Origin: Somniosus microcephalus | Taxonomy: Eukaryota | DNA length: 64,000 bases | Assembly: GCA_052327205.1 (NCBI GenBank) | Contig: CM126207.1 | Coordinates: forward strand, 85,436,001-85,500,000 | Reading direction: 5' to 3' | Shown here: positions 52,620 through 64,000 of the stretch, one piece after another | Position numbering within the stretch: the first letter of the stretch is position 1 | Layout: each line of letters starts with the position of its first letter | The notes under the pieces: model-generated | Database searches by the model: none | Told to the model about the DNA's origin: nothing | What the model saw: the letters and a program-made list of their open reading frames with translations, nothing else | Translations under genes and position numbers: made by a program

Positions 52620-53392
52620 ATTTGCACCACACGAGTGCCAGGCAATGACCATATCCCACAAGTGATAGTCTAACCACCTCCCCATGACTGTCAACGGCAT
52701 TACCATTGTTGAATACCCCACCATCAACATCCTGGGGGTCCCATTGACCAGAAACTTAACTGGACAGCCACATAAATACTGTTGCTACAAGAGCAGGTCA
52801 GAGGCTGGGTATTCTGCAGCGAGTGACTCACCTCCTGACTCCCCAAAGCCTTTCCACCATCTACAAGGCACGAGCCAGGTGTGTGATGGAATACTCTCCA
52901 CTTGCCTGGATGAGCGGAGCTCCAACAACACTCATGAAGCTCAATACCATCCAGGAAAATGCAGCCCGGTTGATTGGCACCCCATCCACCACCTTAAACA
53001 TTCACTCCCTCCACCACTGGCACACCGCGGCTGCAGAGTGTACCAACTACAAGATGTACTGCAGCAACTCACCAAGGCTTCTTCGGCAGCACCTCCCAAA
53101 CCTGTGACCTCTACCACCTAGAAGGACAAGGGCAGCATGCGCATGGCAACATCACCACCTGCAAGTTCCCCTCCACATTCCATCCTGACTTGGAAATATA
53201 TCACCGTTCATTCATTGTCGCTGGGTCAAAATCCTGAAACTCCCTACGTAACAGCACTGTGAGAGTATCTTCACTACACAGAGTGCAGCTGTTCAAGAAT
53301 GCGGCTCACTACCACCTTCTCAAGGGCAATTAGTGATAGGCAATAAATGCACGGCTTTGCCAGCAACGCCCACATCCCATGAATGAATTAAG
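52620..53392 (+). mobile_element. Non-LTR retrotransposon (CR1/L2-group) 3' end
   Basis: RT C-terminal frames TINILGV...; HLLTPQSLSTIYKARARCVMEYSPLAWMSGAPTTLMKLNTIQENAARLIG; 3' tail caataaatgc...cccacatcccatgaatgaatt. Confidence 0.88.
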
Positions 53393-53689
53393 CAAAATGC
53401 AACACAGACTAAATTTGCACTAGTAACTAGCAAACTGTAAACATTTGAAAATTGAATGTCCCAACTTCCCATTTCTTGCTTCAGTTTGTGACTTTTTTAA
53501 TGTCTCATTTTAGTCTCCAAAAGTATTGATGTAATACTGTACTTAAATTATAAATTAAATCACTAAGACAGGTAAGTGCAAAAGATGAAAGAACCTTTAA
53601 ACAACATCAGTAATGTAACATAGAAAATCAAAATGTTTCTGAAACTTCTTGCAGGTAATGCTTAGGGTAATTTCTTTTATTGGATTTGG

Positions 53690-54590
53690 CAGCTGGCCTG
53701 GCAAGTGGCAGATGCGATTTAAAATGGTGGAATAATACAAATGATCAGACTGGGGAAGTGGAATAAGCAATGGGAACAGGAGGGTAAATTCACTGGTCCT
53801 GTGCTCTCAGCGGGGAGTCTGAAAGGGAACACTGGTCAGAGAATCAATGCTACATGTTGCAGCTCAATAAATTTATCCAAAAAGTGGGAGCAATGAATTT
53901 ACCCTACAAGGTAAATAGGATTAATCTACAAGATAGAACACAGAAGAATGATCTAGGGGTACTCATGGACAACTCACTGCAACCATCAGCATAGTGTCTG
54001 GCAGTCTTAAAAAAAGGCAAAACAAGATCTTGAACTGTATAGCTGGAGGGATGTTGTTTATGTCTCAGAAAGCGACAATGAACTTGTTTAAAGAACAGTC
54101 TGTTCCCCTCCCTGTACAGAAAACTGTGTACAGTTCTGACCACTGTATTAACTGAACATTTTGGCATTGAAGAGAGTACAGCAAAGGAAAACCAAATTGA
54201 TACTTTGGATTTGGCACCAGAGCTATGTGGAAAAGCTGTGGAAAGTGGAAATGTTTACACCGGAGACCTTACTGAGGCATTCAACATTCAAAAGGCCATA
54301 GAGAAATTAAACCCTAATATCTTTGATGTAATCACAAAATCCATTAAAAAATAGCTGAGAAGAGAAAGATAAGGAAAGTACTGGAGGGCGTCCTGAAGGA
54401 ACCCAGAGAAACACAGCACTATAAGAGGGAGCGAGCATGGCTTTATAAGTGGGAGATCATGCCTGACAAATCTGTTGGAGTTATTTGAGGAGATAACAGA
54501 CCCTGTGGATGGGGAAACACAGTGGATGTTGTTTAATCAGCTTGCAGCAAAGCTTTTGATAAAGTGCCACATAGGTGACTAGTCCACAAG
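53690..54590 (+). mobile_element. Old CR1 LINE fragments
   Basis: aagtggcagatgcgatttaa (KWQMRF), gaatgatctaggggtactcatggac (DLGV), gagagtacagcaaagg, and a second piece agatcatgcctgacaaatctgttggag...gcaaagcttttgataaagtgccacat (RSCLTNL...KAFDKVPH). Confidence 0.75.
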
Positions 54591-56152
54591 GACATCGACA
54601 GAAAGACAACTCCCCAGGGGTATTTTTAACCGAACCCGCTCGAAGAGAAACTGACGGGATTGGACTGGCCACCCGTTTTCCTGCCCGACTTTGTTTCCAT
54701 TGACTTCAGTGGAAGTATTCAGATTATAAAAAGGTACAGGTAAGATAAATGTCAAAAAATTTAACGTGTCACAGATTCTACAAGAGGGTATGGCCTCAAA
54801 CTTATGCAAAGTACTTTGACAATTTGGGAAACTAATTTTAGTTTAAAAAAATTATTTTGACCTGCCAAAGTTTGCTCTGACATTAACAGCTTGTAAAGGC
54901 TATATAAAAAAAATGAAACTGCCGGTAATGGTGATTAATCCAGGGGCAAATGGAGAAACCCACTCCTGAATACTCTTGTCAGAAATAGTAAATGAAAGGG
55001 TTAATTGCTTTTGACCATCAATGATCCAGCAGTAGCTTGACCCTCCTCTTGATGATGAATGGAGGGTTACTGACCCGCATGTGTTTCGCATTAAGGCCAA
55101 GCTTTGCTGTGACATCTTCAAGAGCATTTATCAGGATTCCACTGACAGCATGTTCTGTAAATGACAGAAAGCAAATGTGTAAGGGTCAGGAAGGAGTATG
55201 TCATCAGCTCCTGTATAATACATTTCTGAATCTAAAAAACTGTCAGTGGAGTTTGAAACAAGAATGTTAATTCGCTGCAAGAAAATATATTATGTATGAG
55301 GAAGACCTTATTTAGGTTGAAAATAATGAAATACGGTATAGCTTTTGCTAGCAATTTGATTCTCTAGATGATGCACCACAGTGGCAAAAGATGGATTATT
55401 AATCTGAATAAAATGTATTTTTTTAATGCAGTGCAGTTTTCTGGTTCAGAGGAAAGAGAAATGAAATATAATCGGCCATCAGAAAATTTGATTCACTTAA
55501 CATGGTCCATGGTTTTCACAGATGGGCTTTGGTATTAAAGGCGGCATTCCTTCACTGGCTCTAGCAGTTCCATGGGCTTGTTGTGTGATATCTAGCTGTG
55601 AAATATTTTACTGTTTATTCACATCAAATTACTCTTAACGGCTGTGATTTTAATGATGTCAGGAGCAATTTAATTCAACACTTCCTCACAGAATCTGTGC
55701 AGGCATTGCAATACTGTTTCATTTACTTCAAATTAGAACTTGATTTCACAAATTTTATGCTGAGAGCCCTTTGTTTCTCAGATCACTATTAAAATGCAGC
55801 TCAGTCGCAACCCTGAATATTGTTAAATTGGCACCACCAGAAGTGAATTACGTGATGATTGTTAACATTGTACGTTTTACTTAGATATATATCTATACAC
55901 CTAATTTAAATAAAAAGAAAGCACCTCAATCTCACAATCTTCAAAGTACTTTTCTACAAATCACAAACATTCAAAATATTAGCAATAGAAAACCAAAGAG
56001 CATTTACTTAAAATCGAATAGCATGGCAATTCTTTAATTTACATTCCCATTTCCATATTATCTTCCAATTTTCCTATTATCGGTTGTTTTTAATTTGCTT
56101 ATCTAGTGCTGATTATAATTGTAGATTAATAATTGCCAATATAAAAAACTAT

Positions 56153-56260
56153 GGGGGTGAAATTGGCTTCAACCGAAAAGAAAATCAGGCAGGGTGTAAA
56201 ATGTACTGCCGATTCTTGATCGCCTATTTTGTGTTATCGCCGAAGGCCAATTTCACCCAC
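56153..56260. mobile_element. Short Harbinger-type MITE
   Basis: TIRs gggggtgaaattggcttc / gaaggccaatttcacccac; flanks tat / tag. Confidence 0.8.
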
Positions 56261-57301
56261 TAGATCTTTTCAATAATTTCTTCTGAAGAATTCTCTGATA
56301 CCTGAATACTAAAATTTTAATTCTGAGATATGCACACAGTCCTTAAGTCACCAAATATTAGATCTTATTTTTAAATCAGCTGATGGCAAACTGACAGTGT
56401 GCATGAGCCATGCCTTGTGTGTTTTCTAGGGCGAAAGCCAAGGATTTCCATTTTTATTTCCATTTAATTAAGTTTGGAAGAGGGTACATTCATCTCTCAA
56501 GCCTACTCATTCAGATCAATGCCAGCTTCTTCGCAGAAATCTGAATTTTACCTTGTTTTTAAATGTAAATGTAAGGGGAATTAATCTGGGTTGGAAAAAA
56601 TGAGTGAGACTCTTTTAGCTTTTTTTTCCGTAGTTGTGTAAAATGAATACTTTTAATATTTTCACTTATGGAAAGTAACTGTCCATTTTATAGCTGCTGT
56701 TTGTATCCATTAAATGCCATTCACGTAACAATAATTCAAGCAGCCAAGTTAACAATTTGTTCTGAAATTACACTGTGGGACATGAGTGTCCAAACAAAAA
56801 GTGGGAAAAATTTGTCCACTTAGTGCCTCCCGCTAGTGCTAGCAGATGGCGCTAATGGGACACTAGAGCATTATCACCGGGGTGTGGCGAACCCAGCACC
56901 ACACATCAAATCCCACTCCCATAGCGCTGCCAGTAACAGTTAGCGCTGGGACCCTCAATGCCAGGTGGATCATGATGTCAGTGAGTGTCCAACGCTCACT
57001 GGCCGCTCGATCTGAGAAATTGATTGTCGCCACCTACCTTAGCGCCTGGAGTAAACAGCGACAGGGAGAGCTGGCATGAAGTACCAGAAAGCTGGCTCCA
57101 GGGACGTTATTTAAAGGGATTATCAGTAATGACTTGCAGCTGTCAGGTTAGTGGAGTTTCAGTGGTTTCTTGTCAGTTTCACATAGTCCAACAGTTTCAT
57201 TCAGTAATTTCAAGGTTATTTTGTATCAGGAATGTTTTGGCAACTAAAAAGTAGTTACATTTATTCTTTAAAAAATCAAAGTGCTACACTTGGTTACATT
57301 A

Positions 57302-58381
57302 ATGGGGGCTGTACCTTGCCCTCCAGGATCTACGGTGGAGGGAGTGGAGGCAGCGAGAAAGACTGGAACATGTGCCCAGTGGGAGGAGGAGGGCCATGAG
57401 GGCTCTCCACAGGAGGCCTTACCCTCCGAGGGTATTCTGAGAGCACTTCTCCTATCTCCAATTAAGCAAGGAGTAGTGTATTAGAAGGCTGATGGTCACA
57501 GATCTCTGCCACCTCCTGCAACCTGACCGCCAGCCTCAGACCAGGGAGACCACGGCTCTCTCAGTGGCAGTCAAAGTCACCAATGTCCTCAATTTCTTCA
57601 CCAGTGGATCCTTCCGGACTGCAACAGGAGACATAGCTAACAACTCACAGTTCACCATCCATCGCTGCATCCGGGAGGTCACAGAGGCTCTCTGCAGTAG
57701 GAGAAGGGACTACATTTCCTTCCCCACCACCAGAGAGAAGCAGGACGAGCGTGCATGCGGCTTTGCCAGGATAGCGGGATTCCCCATGGAGCAGGGCGCC
57801 ATTGACTGCACCCATGTGGCTTTGCGGGCACTGCATAACAATCCTGAGATCTTCTGTAACTGCAAAGGCTACCACTCACTTAATGTGCAGTTGGTGTGCG
57901 ACCACAGACAGTGAATCCTCAATGTCAATGCCCGCAATCCTGGCAGCAGCCACAATGCCTTCATCCAGCACTCTTCCAGCCACCACTTCAAGCTTGCAGC
58001 TGGCTGCTCGGAGACAAGGGCTATCTGCTCTCCACCTGGCTCATGACTCCCATCCGCAACCCCAACACTCGTGCCCAGCACCCATATAATGAAAGCCATA
58101 CTGCCACCAGGAACATCATTGAGCAGACCATTGGCCTGCTGAAGCAACGATTCCACTGGGAGGAGCCCTCCAGTACTCGACTGAGCGGGTGTCCCATTTC
58201 GTGGTGGTCTGCTGCATGACCATCATGAGGGCCCAGCCCTTGCCACCAGGGATTGCGGGACCACCTGAGGACAAGGAAGAGGAGGAGGAACAGGAGTGAG
58301 GGAGGAGGCAACCACTCAATTGGCCTTCCAGAAGGGTGGTCCGCGATCGCCTCATCAAACTGCGGAACAAATTAATTAAAC
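57302..58381 (+). pseudogene. Harbinger DDE transposase of element A (HARBI1-like), frameshifted and with deletions
   Basis: [70 protein letters not shown] spread over different frames. Confidence 0.92.
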
Positions 58382-58539
58382 CCCAGATCCTCATTGCTCA
58401 CCACATCCCCATCATTTCATCCCTGTCACAGGCCATATCACAGCGCTAAGCTGAAATGAGACACACCACAAAAGAATCCAAACTGAATTAATAAATTTAT
58501 CAAAAATCAGTGAACACATATTTACAACAAAAATATTAA

Positions 58540-59525
58540 CTATTCACCCTTGTGCAATCCCTTAGTGCCTCTTGTTACTGTGACTTTGCCTACTCTGGTG
58601 CTCCTATGAAGTGTTGGCCCAGTGGCAGCAGCAGGGCTGATGGAAGGCTGCTGAGTGTCCATGCGGGAGACTTCAGATGACCTTGCAGGACGCTCTCGAC
58701 CAGCTCTGGGTCTGGAAGGCCCGGCTGTAGACTGCGCCACCTTAACATGGGTGGCAGCAGTCTGGGCTGGCTGGATGACAGGCAGCGACAAGGGCAATGG
58801 CGGAGTAGCAGTGGAGGGAGCAGGAATGCTGTCATCCTGAGGGAGGACAGCAGGCTCCTGCTCCACTGACCCACTGCCACTCCCCCAGGACAGCACCTCA
58901 GCATCCATTGTGATCTGTTGGAGCACAGATTGCTGGCCTGCTGCGACACCGTGAAAGCCCTTGTTGACGATGGTAGACCCAACCACGATGGCAGCAGTCA
59001 GAGCTTGCATTGCATCAAGCTGAGACTGCATGAGAGCAGTCTGAGATTGGATACCACCAAGCATAGACTGCATTACAGCACTAAGACGTTGGGTCGCTTC
59101 CACCTGTGCTGCAATGGAAGCTGCCAGATTGCCCGTCACACGCGGGATCAGGACTGGGTCGCCACAGTCTCTCTGGGAGTCTACCATCCTTTGCAGACTG
59201 CAAATGATGGGCTCCATGGTGTGCGCAGAGCCTTGTGCAAAGTTGGAGGCAGACTCCTCCACGCTCCTTACCATTGCGGAACGGCTCTCGGGCACCTTTG
59301 TCATTGCACCTATCATCTCCGTGTGCATGCCCATCACCCTTCTTGTAAACGCCTCCCCACCGAGGGCCTCATTTGAGTCCTGTGCAGCAGAACTCGCGTG
59401 AGAACTCGCCCTCTGGGGAGCTGGCCCCCCAAGCTACCTTTTCCCCCGGCCTTGCTGCAGCCCACTCTTCCACAGTGCCTCAGCTTGTGCAGATCCCGCT
59501 ACTATACTAGCCTCTAAAGAACGCG
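58540..59525 (-). pseudogene. Element A Myb/SANT-partner gene, 3' part of exon 3 (heptad/coiled-coil-like region and basic tail)
   Basis: TRSLEASIVAGSAQAEAL... then ORF 58540..59337; joins 63276 at the TAG duplication. Confidence 0.8.
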
Positions 59526-59802
59526 TAGGGGGGCGATTTTCCCATTGGAGGTGGATTGGGAGCAGGTTTGGGGGCGGGCAGGTTCCGAACCCACCTCCAC
59601 TGTCAGGTGGGAAAAAGTTGCGATTTTCCCCTAATTGTCCAATTAATTCCGGGCGTGTGGGTTTCCCTGGGCCAACTACTCTTTTTGGACTGAAACTCGC
59701 CACTGCTGACGTCACTTATGCAGTTTCATTTAAGGGCTGCTTGCTCCCTTGGCTCATTTCACTGCTGTTTTGTGGCTGCTGAACATCTAGTGCTGAGAAG
59801 AG

Positions 59803-61762
59803 ATGGCCAACTCGAGAGCCAAGGCCTCCCCGAGGTTCTCAGATGAGTCTCTGAGTATTCTGGTTGTGGGGGTGAGAGATAGCAAGGAGGTGCTCTACCC
59901 CTCATCTGGGAGGAAGAAGCCTCCCAAACAAACTAAGGCTGTGTGGGTGCAGCTGGCACGGAATGTCACCTCCAGGTCTGTGTACAGCAGAACATGGCTG
60001 CAGTGCCGCAAGAGGTTCAATGACCTTGTAAGATCAGCCAAAGTGAGTATACCATCCTTCTGCTCCCCTTCTCCTCTCATCACCAGCACTCTGCATTGTC
60101 AACCTCCTCCTACAGTCCCACTTTACCCTTACAACCCTTGCACCCTTAACCATCCCTCTCACTCTATGAACACAATCACTTCACTATTCGACTGTGCTAC
60201 CCTCACACTCCCTTTTAATGTTATGCAATGACAATGACTGACAACACACAGGGAGGGTCCTTGGAAATGGAACCTCACTCCATCTTTGTCTCCTTCTAAG
60301 CATCTATGCTCTGGACTCTCTACACTCACTCCATCATTCTCACTCAAACACCACTTGTGTCCCTCATTGCAGGAAAAGAGAGCCCACAAAAAAAGGTAGA
60401 GGGCGATGACTGGAGGAGGGCCACCTTCCCTCGCCCATTTGACCCAAGCTGAAGAGGCGGCCCAGGAAACTTTTGGCGCTGAGGTGGAGGTGGAAGTGGG
60501 GGACGGACAGACGGGTGCAGCAGAGCAAGCTGGTGACAGAATAGTTTTGCATCTCTCTCTTTTACATTGCAGGAGTCAATAAAATGGCGGCAAATGTACA
60601 TTTATGAAATGGCAATTGATCATCTGCGCTATTGCATGTGCATGCCACACTACCGTAACATCTCTAACTCATTCCTTTACTCCCCCACAGGACCATCGAC
60701 AGCCACCCTCCCCACTGTCCAGGAGGAAGAGCCTGAGGCGTAAGACTCCTCAGAGGAACCTGCAACCTCTGAGGACACAGCGTCAGCAGAATTAAGCGCA
60801 CCCAGCGCCAGTGTAGATACGCACACCTCGGTGTGACCTTCGGGAGATAGAGTAGTGTTGTCACCTGGTGTATCACAGCTCACAAGTGAGCATCAGCAGG
60901 TGGTGGAGACAGGGATAGCAGTGGAGAGTCCTTGTTGGAGGTCGCAGGACTCTCCTAGCTCTGCTCAGCTGCATGTGGACCCTGTGCCTCTGGGTCCATC
61001 CAGAAGGAGAGCAGTGCTGGAACTCCAGGAACAGGTGCAGGAGTCTCTGGCAGATTTTGTCTCTAGGGTCACTGCGTGTGTGGAGAGGATGGAGGAGTCC
61101 CACTCGAATATGAGCAGCGCCTTTGTGGGGTCATTGGCGCATCTCCTCCGAAATGTTGGCTACCTCTGTGGAAGCGATGTCTACCTCCGTGGTATCGATG
61201 GCTGCCTCTCTGCAGATGATGGCCAGGGCCATGGAGGAGATAAGTCACCAGAATGTTGAAAACATGGTCAATGTTCAGAATAGACTGACATCTCTGGAGG
61301 AGCGATGGCCAGCTATTGATCAGAGAGACCAGAGCTTCATGGAAGTCCTCAGCAGTAGGATTGCCAGTGCAGACACGGGTCCTCATGGCCTCCCAGATGT
61401 GCTGCAAGGTGCTCTCAAGCCACTTGCAAGCGCTGAGGTGGGGCTGACCCATAAAAGAGATGTTGCTGGCAGAGAACAATGAAGTGGGGGCTCCTTTCCA
61501 AGCGCTCACACTTCCATGCCACTGCATTGCCCTCAGTCAGAGCCCCACCAGAGTCCTCACCCAACTGAGATGGGCGTCTTAGCCCCTGCAGGAGGAGCAG
61601 ACTTTTGGTGAGGCCTCACAGGCTCGCAAATCCAGAGGACGCCCACCAAAGGTGTCGAAGCAGGAGCAGCATGAAATTGAGCAAGGGGCCTCCACTTCTG
61701 CTAAAGCCACACGGGCAGCACCAGGTAGGAGCATGCATAAGAGGAAGATAAAGCACAATTAA
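59803..61762 (+). pseudogene. Element B Myb/SANT-like DNA-binding gene, 3 exons (59803-60042, 60373-60532, 60691-61762)
   Basis: MANSRAKASPRFSDESLSILV...WVQLARNVTSRSVYSRTWLQCRKRFNDLVRSAK|GTGAGT; exon 2 EKRAHKKR*RAMTGGGPP; exon 3 acidic and heptad-rich. Premature stops (e.g. 60397-60399) and frameshifts. Confidence 0.88.
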
Positions 61763-62019
61763 TCACATGGGCAGTCACTTGGGTGTTTGTTTGTGTTTAA
61801 TAATTAAATGCCATCCCTTTGTGAATGTATTAAACTCTGGTGATGGCAAAATGTTGACGTTATGGCCTCTGTGATTTCGGTTTTGGAAGTTACACATTGC
61901 GGCCTCAGCGAGACTTGCTTGGTCAGGTTGGTGGTCAGAGTGAGAGGAAGCCAGAGAGTCATGTCCATTGTGTATCTTGTGCTAACAAGGAGCCAAGCAC
62001 ATGTGCTAGAATGGGCAGC

Positions 62020-63240
62020 CTAAGCAAATCTGGCCAAGATGAGTGCATCTCTTCCATTCCAGCCAGCAATGTGCTCGCATGCTGTTGCTGCTGCTGGTTG
62101 ATGCGCCTCCGCTCAGTCATCATTCTTCTTCTCCTCCTCCTCCTCCTCCTCATCTGAGGGGGCTATGTACTGAGCCACTTGCTCCTCAGGAAGCTGCAAG
62201 CCATGATGCTGTGCGATCTTGTGCAGTGCACAGCAGACCACAACCATTCTGGAGACCCTGGCTGCTGAGTACTGCAGGGCTCCACCTGATCTGTCAAGGC
62301 ATCTGAATCGCATCTTCAGCATGCCGATGGTTTGTTCGATGGTGGACCTGGTGGAAATGTGACTGGCATTGTAGAGCTCCTCAGCTTCGTTCGCTGACCT
62401 CCTGATCGGCGTCATTAGCCACGTCTTCAGGGGGTAGCCCTTGTCTCCAAGTAGCCATCCGTTAAGTTGGTTTGGTGGCTTGAAGAGCGGAGGCACACTA
62501 GACTGCCGCAGGATGTACGAGTCATGGCAACTGTCACAGTACTTGGCGCAAACATGCAAAATCTCCTTGTGGTTACACACGAGCTGTACATTGAGGGAGT
62601 GGAAGCTCTTGCGGTTGACAAAAATAGCTGGGTTGTGATGGGGTGTCCTCAGGGCCACGTGTGCAGTCTATGACGCCCTGCACCATTGGCAAGACTTCCA
62701 TATTTGCGAATCCAACCGCACACATGGTTATACTTGCTTGATCAGTTGAAAAGTTGATGTAATTGTGTGCCTTTGCGAAGAAGGCATGGGTAAACTGTGT
62801 GATGCAACTGTGTCTGGCTGACTGGGAGATGCCACTGATGTCTGCTGATGATCCCTGGAAGGAGCCTGAAGCAAAGAAGTTGAGTGCGGTGGTGACTTTG
62901 GCAGCCACTGGTAAGGGGTGTCCACCGGATCCTCTGGGCTCCAGGTGTTGGTGCAGCATTGCACAGATGTCTCCGACAACCTCTCGTGAAAGTCTCAGCC
63001 TTTTTTGGCACTGCTGCTCACTCATGTTGATTAAGCTTTTCCTCTGTCTGTAAACTCTGAGAGGAGGGTATCTCCTGTGGCGACGTGCTGCCATGCACTG
63101 GCGCCTTCTGCCCTGTGCACCATTAGGTAGGTTAGCAGGAGGTTGGCGCGCCTGCTGCTGTTGCTGCTGTTCTGCTGCTGCCTTGGCAGCTCCTCATCCG
63201 AATCTGAGGTCCATGATGAAAGTAAATAAATGTTTTCCAT
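62020..63240 (-). pseudogene. Element B Harbinger DDE transposase, near full length with two frameshifts and a late stop
   Basis: MENIYLLSSWTSDSDEE..poly[101 protein letters not shown]. Confidence 0.93.
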
Positions 63241-63275
63241 GCTGCTGGTAGATACCTGCATTGGGGAAGCGCTCG

Positions 63276-64000
63276 TAGTGTCAGTATCTGAGCTGGTGCC
63301 TGTGGGTGAGAGATGCAGTTCTTTGTCCTCTTCTTCTGCCTCACTCTCAATGGTACCCTCAGGGACAGGCTGCTCAGGTGCTTGCTCATTATCTGAAAGC
63401 ATAAAGACACAAGAGTCGGATTAAGGTGAGGGGAAAGGGGCAGGAAGGGAGACTTGCATGCATACAGCATGATTAGCTGGAAAGTGCAAAATGCTTGAGG
63501 GGTGAGGGGGAAGCGGGATGTGAGAAGAAGGAGTAGTGATGAACATACCATTGTTATCCCCAAGGGGCCAACGTCGCCGGTGGCCATGATGCCCATCACC
63601 TGGCACCCAATAATCTGCAGCACTCTATTCTCCAGCGCAGAGAGTGGTTGGGTGTTGGCTTGTCCCCCACCTGTGCGCTCCTGCTCCCTCCTGTTGTGAG
63701 CTATCTTGGCCTGCAAGAGAAAGGAAAGTGTGTGAGTGAGTGTGCAGCAATGTGTTTGGGTGATGTGCCTGCCATAGTTGAATAGCTGTCATTGTGTGCA
63801 AGGTGTGAGATGTGGGTGAGTGTGCTGGGGGTGTGATGCTTTGGGCAGTGTGTGAAGATTGTGGTACAGATGGTGGTATGTAGCATTTGTTGAAGCATTC
63901 ACTCACCCTGACCACCTGAGTGAGGTTGTTAAATTTCTTCCTGCACTATAATTTGGTCCTGGGGACCACAGTGCTACCTGAGACATGCTGTGCTACCTCC
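63276..64000 (-). pseudogene. Element A Myb/SANT gene, exons 1-2 and start of exon 3
   Basis: EVAQHVSGSTVVPRTKL*CRKKFNNLTQVVR|GTGAGT (donor at 63906); exon 2 AKIAHNRREQERTGGGQANTQPLSALENRVLQIIG; exon 3 DNEQAPEQ...SSDTDT. Confidence 0.85.

Larger units (their letters stand above)
59529..63275. mobile_element. Harbinger/PIF element B nested in element A, TSD TAG
   Basis: TAG at 59526-59528 and 63276-63278; left TIR GGGGGCGATTTTCCCATTGG. Removing 59529-63278 restores minus-strand ...GATACTGACACTACGCGTTCTTTAGAG (DTDTTRSLE). Confidence 0.88.
46937..64000 (+). other. PAX3: PAX3 intron 7 (continues beyond the window)
   Basis: Donor at 46937; no exon-8-like sequence (VMGLL.../VMSIL...) found downstream in the window. 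Confidence 0.8.
56801..64000. mobile_element. Harbinger/PIF element A (transposase on +, Myb gene on -, convergent), interrupted by element B and running off the window
   Basis: Palindromic subterminal region at 56821-56866; transposase at 57302-58381; Myb exons at >64000-63907, 63710-63549, and exon 3 split as 63392-63276 plus 59525-58540. Left end approximate. Confidence 0.85.

Noticed and set aside
53645-53690. ttgcAG|GTAATG as possible PAX3 exon 8 start
   Set aside because: Translates VMLRVISF..., unlike exon 8 (VMGLL/VMSIL..), and runs into a CR1 fragment.
57302-58381. Domesticated HARBI1 gene
   Set aside because: Multiple frameshifts and deletions, transposon context with a Myb partner; not the conserved host gene. 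The same applies to 62020-63240.

Overview
This is eukaryotic, vertebrate genomic DNA. The repeat content (Deu-domain SINEs, an HE1-type V-SINE, CR1 LINE ends, Harbinger transposons and MITEs) suggests a cartilaginous fish such as a shark. The whole window lies inside one + strand gene, PAX3. Coding exons 3-7 are at 60-189, 789-923, 39088-39287, 44028-44193 and 46722-46936, all with canonical GT/AG and matching phases; exons 1-2 and 8 onward lie outside the window. The ~38 kb intron 4 starts with a CpG-rich, transposon-free ~6 kb zone containing enhancer-like motif clusters. It then holds a 34-bp minisatellite born inside a SINE, a degenerate ~30-bp satellite, SINEs, LINEs and MITEs. Intron 7 ends in a nested pair of two-gene Harbinger/PIF transposons: element B sits inside the Myb gene of element A with a TAG target duplication, and the junction fuses A's Myb exon in frame to the start of B's transposase. 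Main points of interest: (i) intron-4 read-through gives GKRWKL...stop plus polyA signals, resembling human short isoform PAX3a; (ii) the Q+/Q- tandem acceptor is absent; (iii) the nested Harbinger has a cryptic end and a fossil Myb-transposase fusion; (iv) a palindromic TCF-homeodomain-TCF enhancer candidate. Most ORFs in the supplied track are spurious. Family names and human comparisons are from memory, not from database searches.
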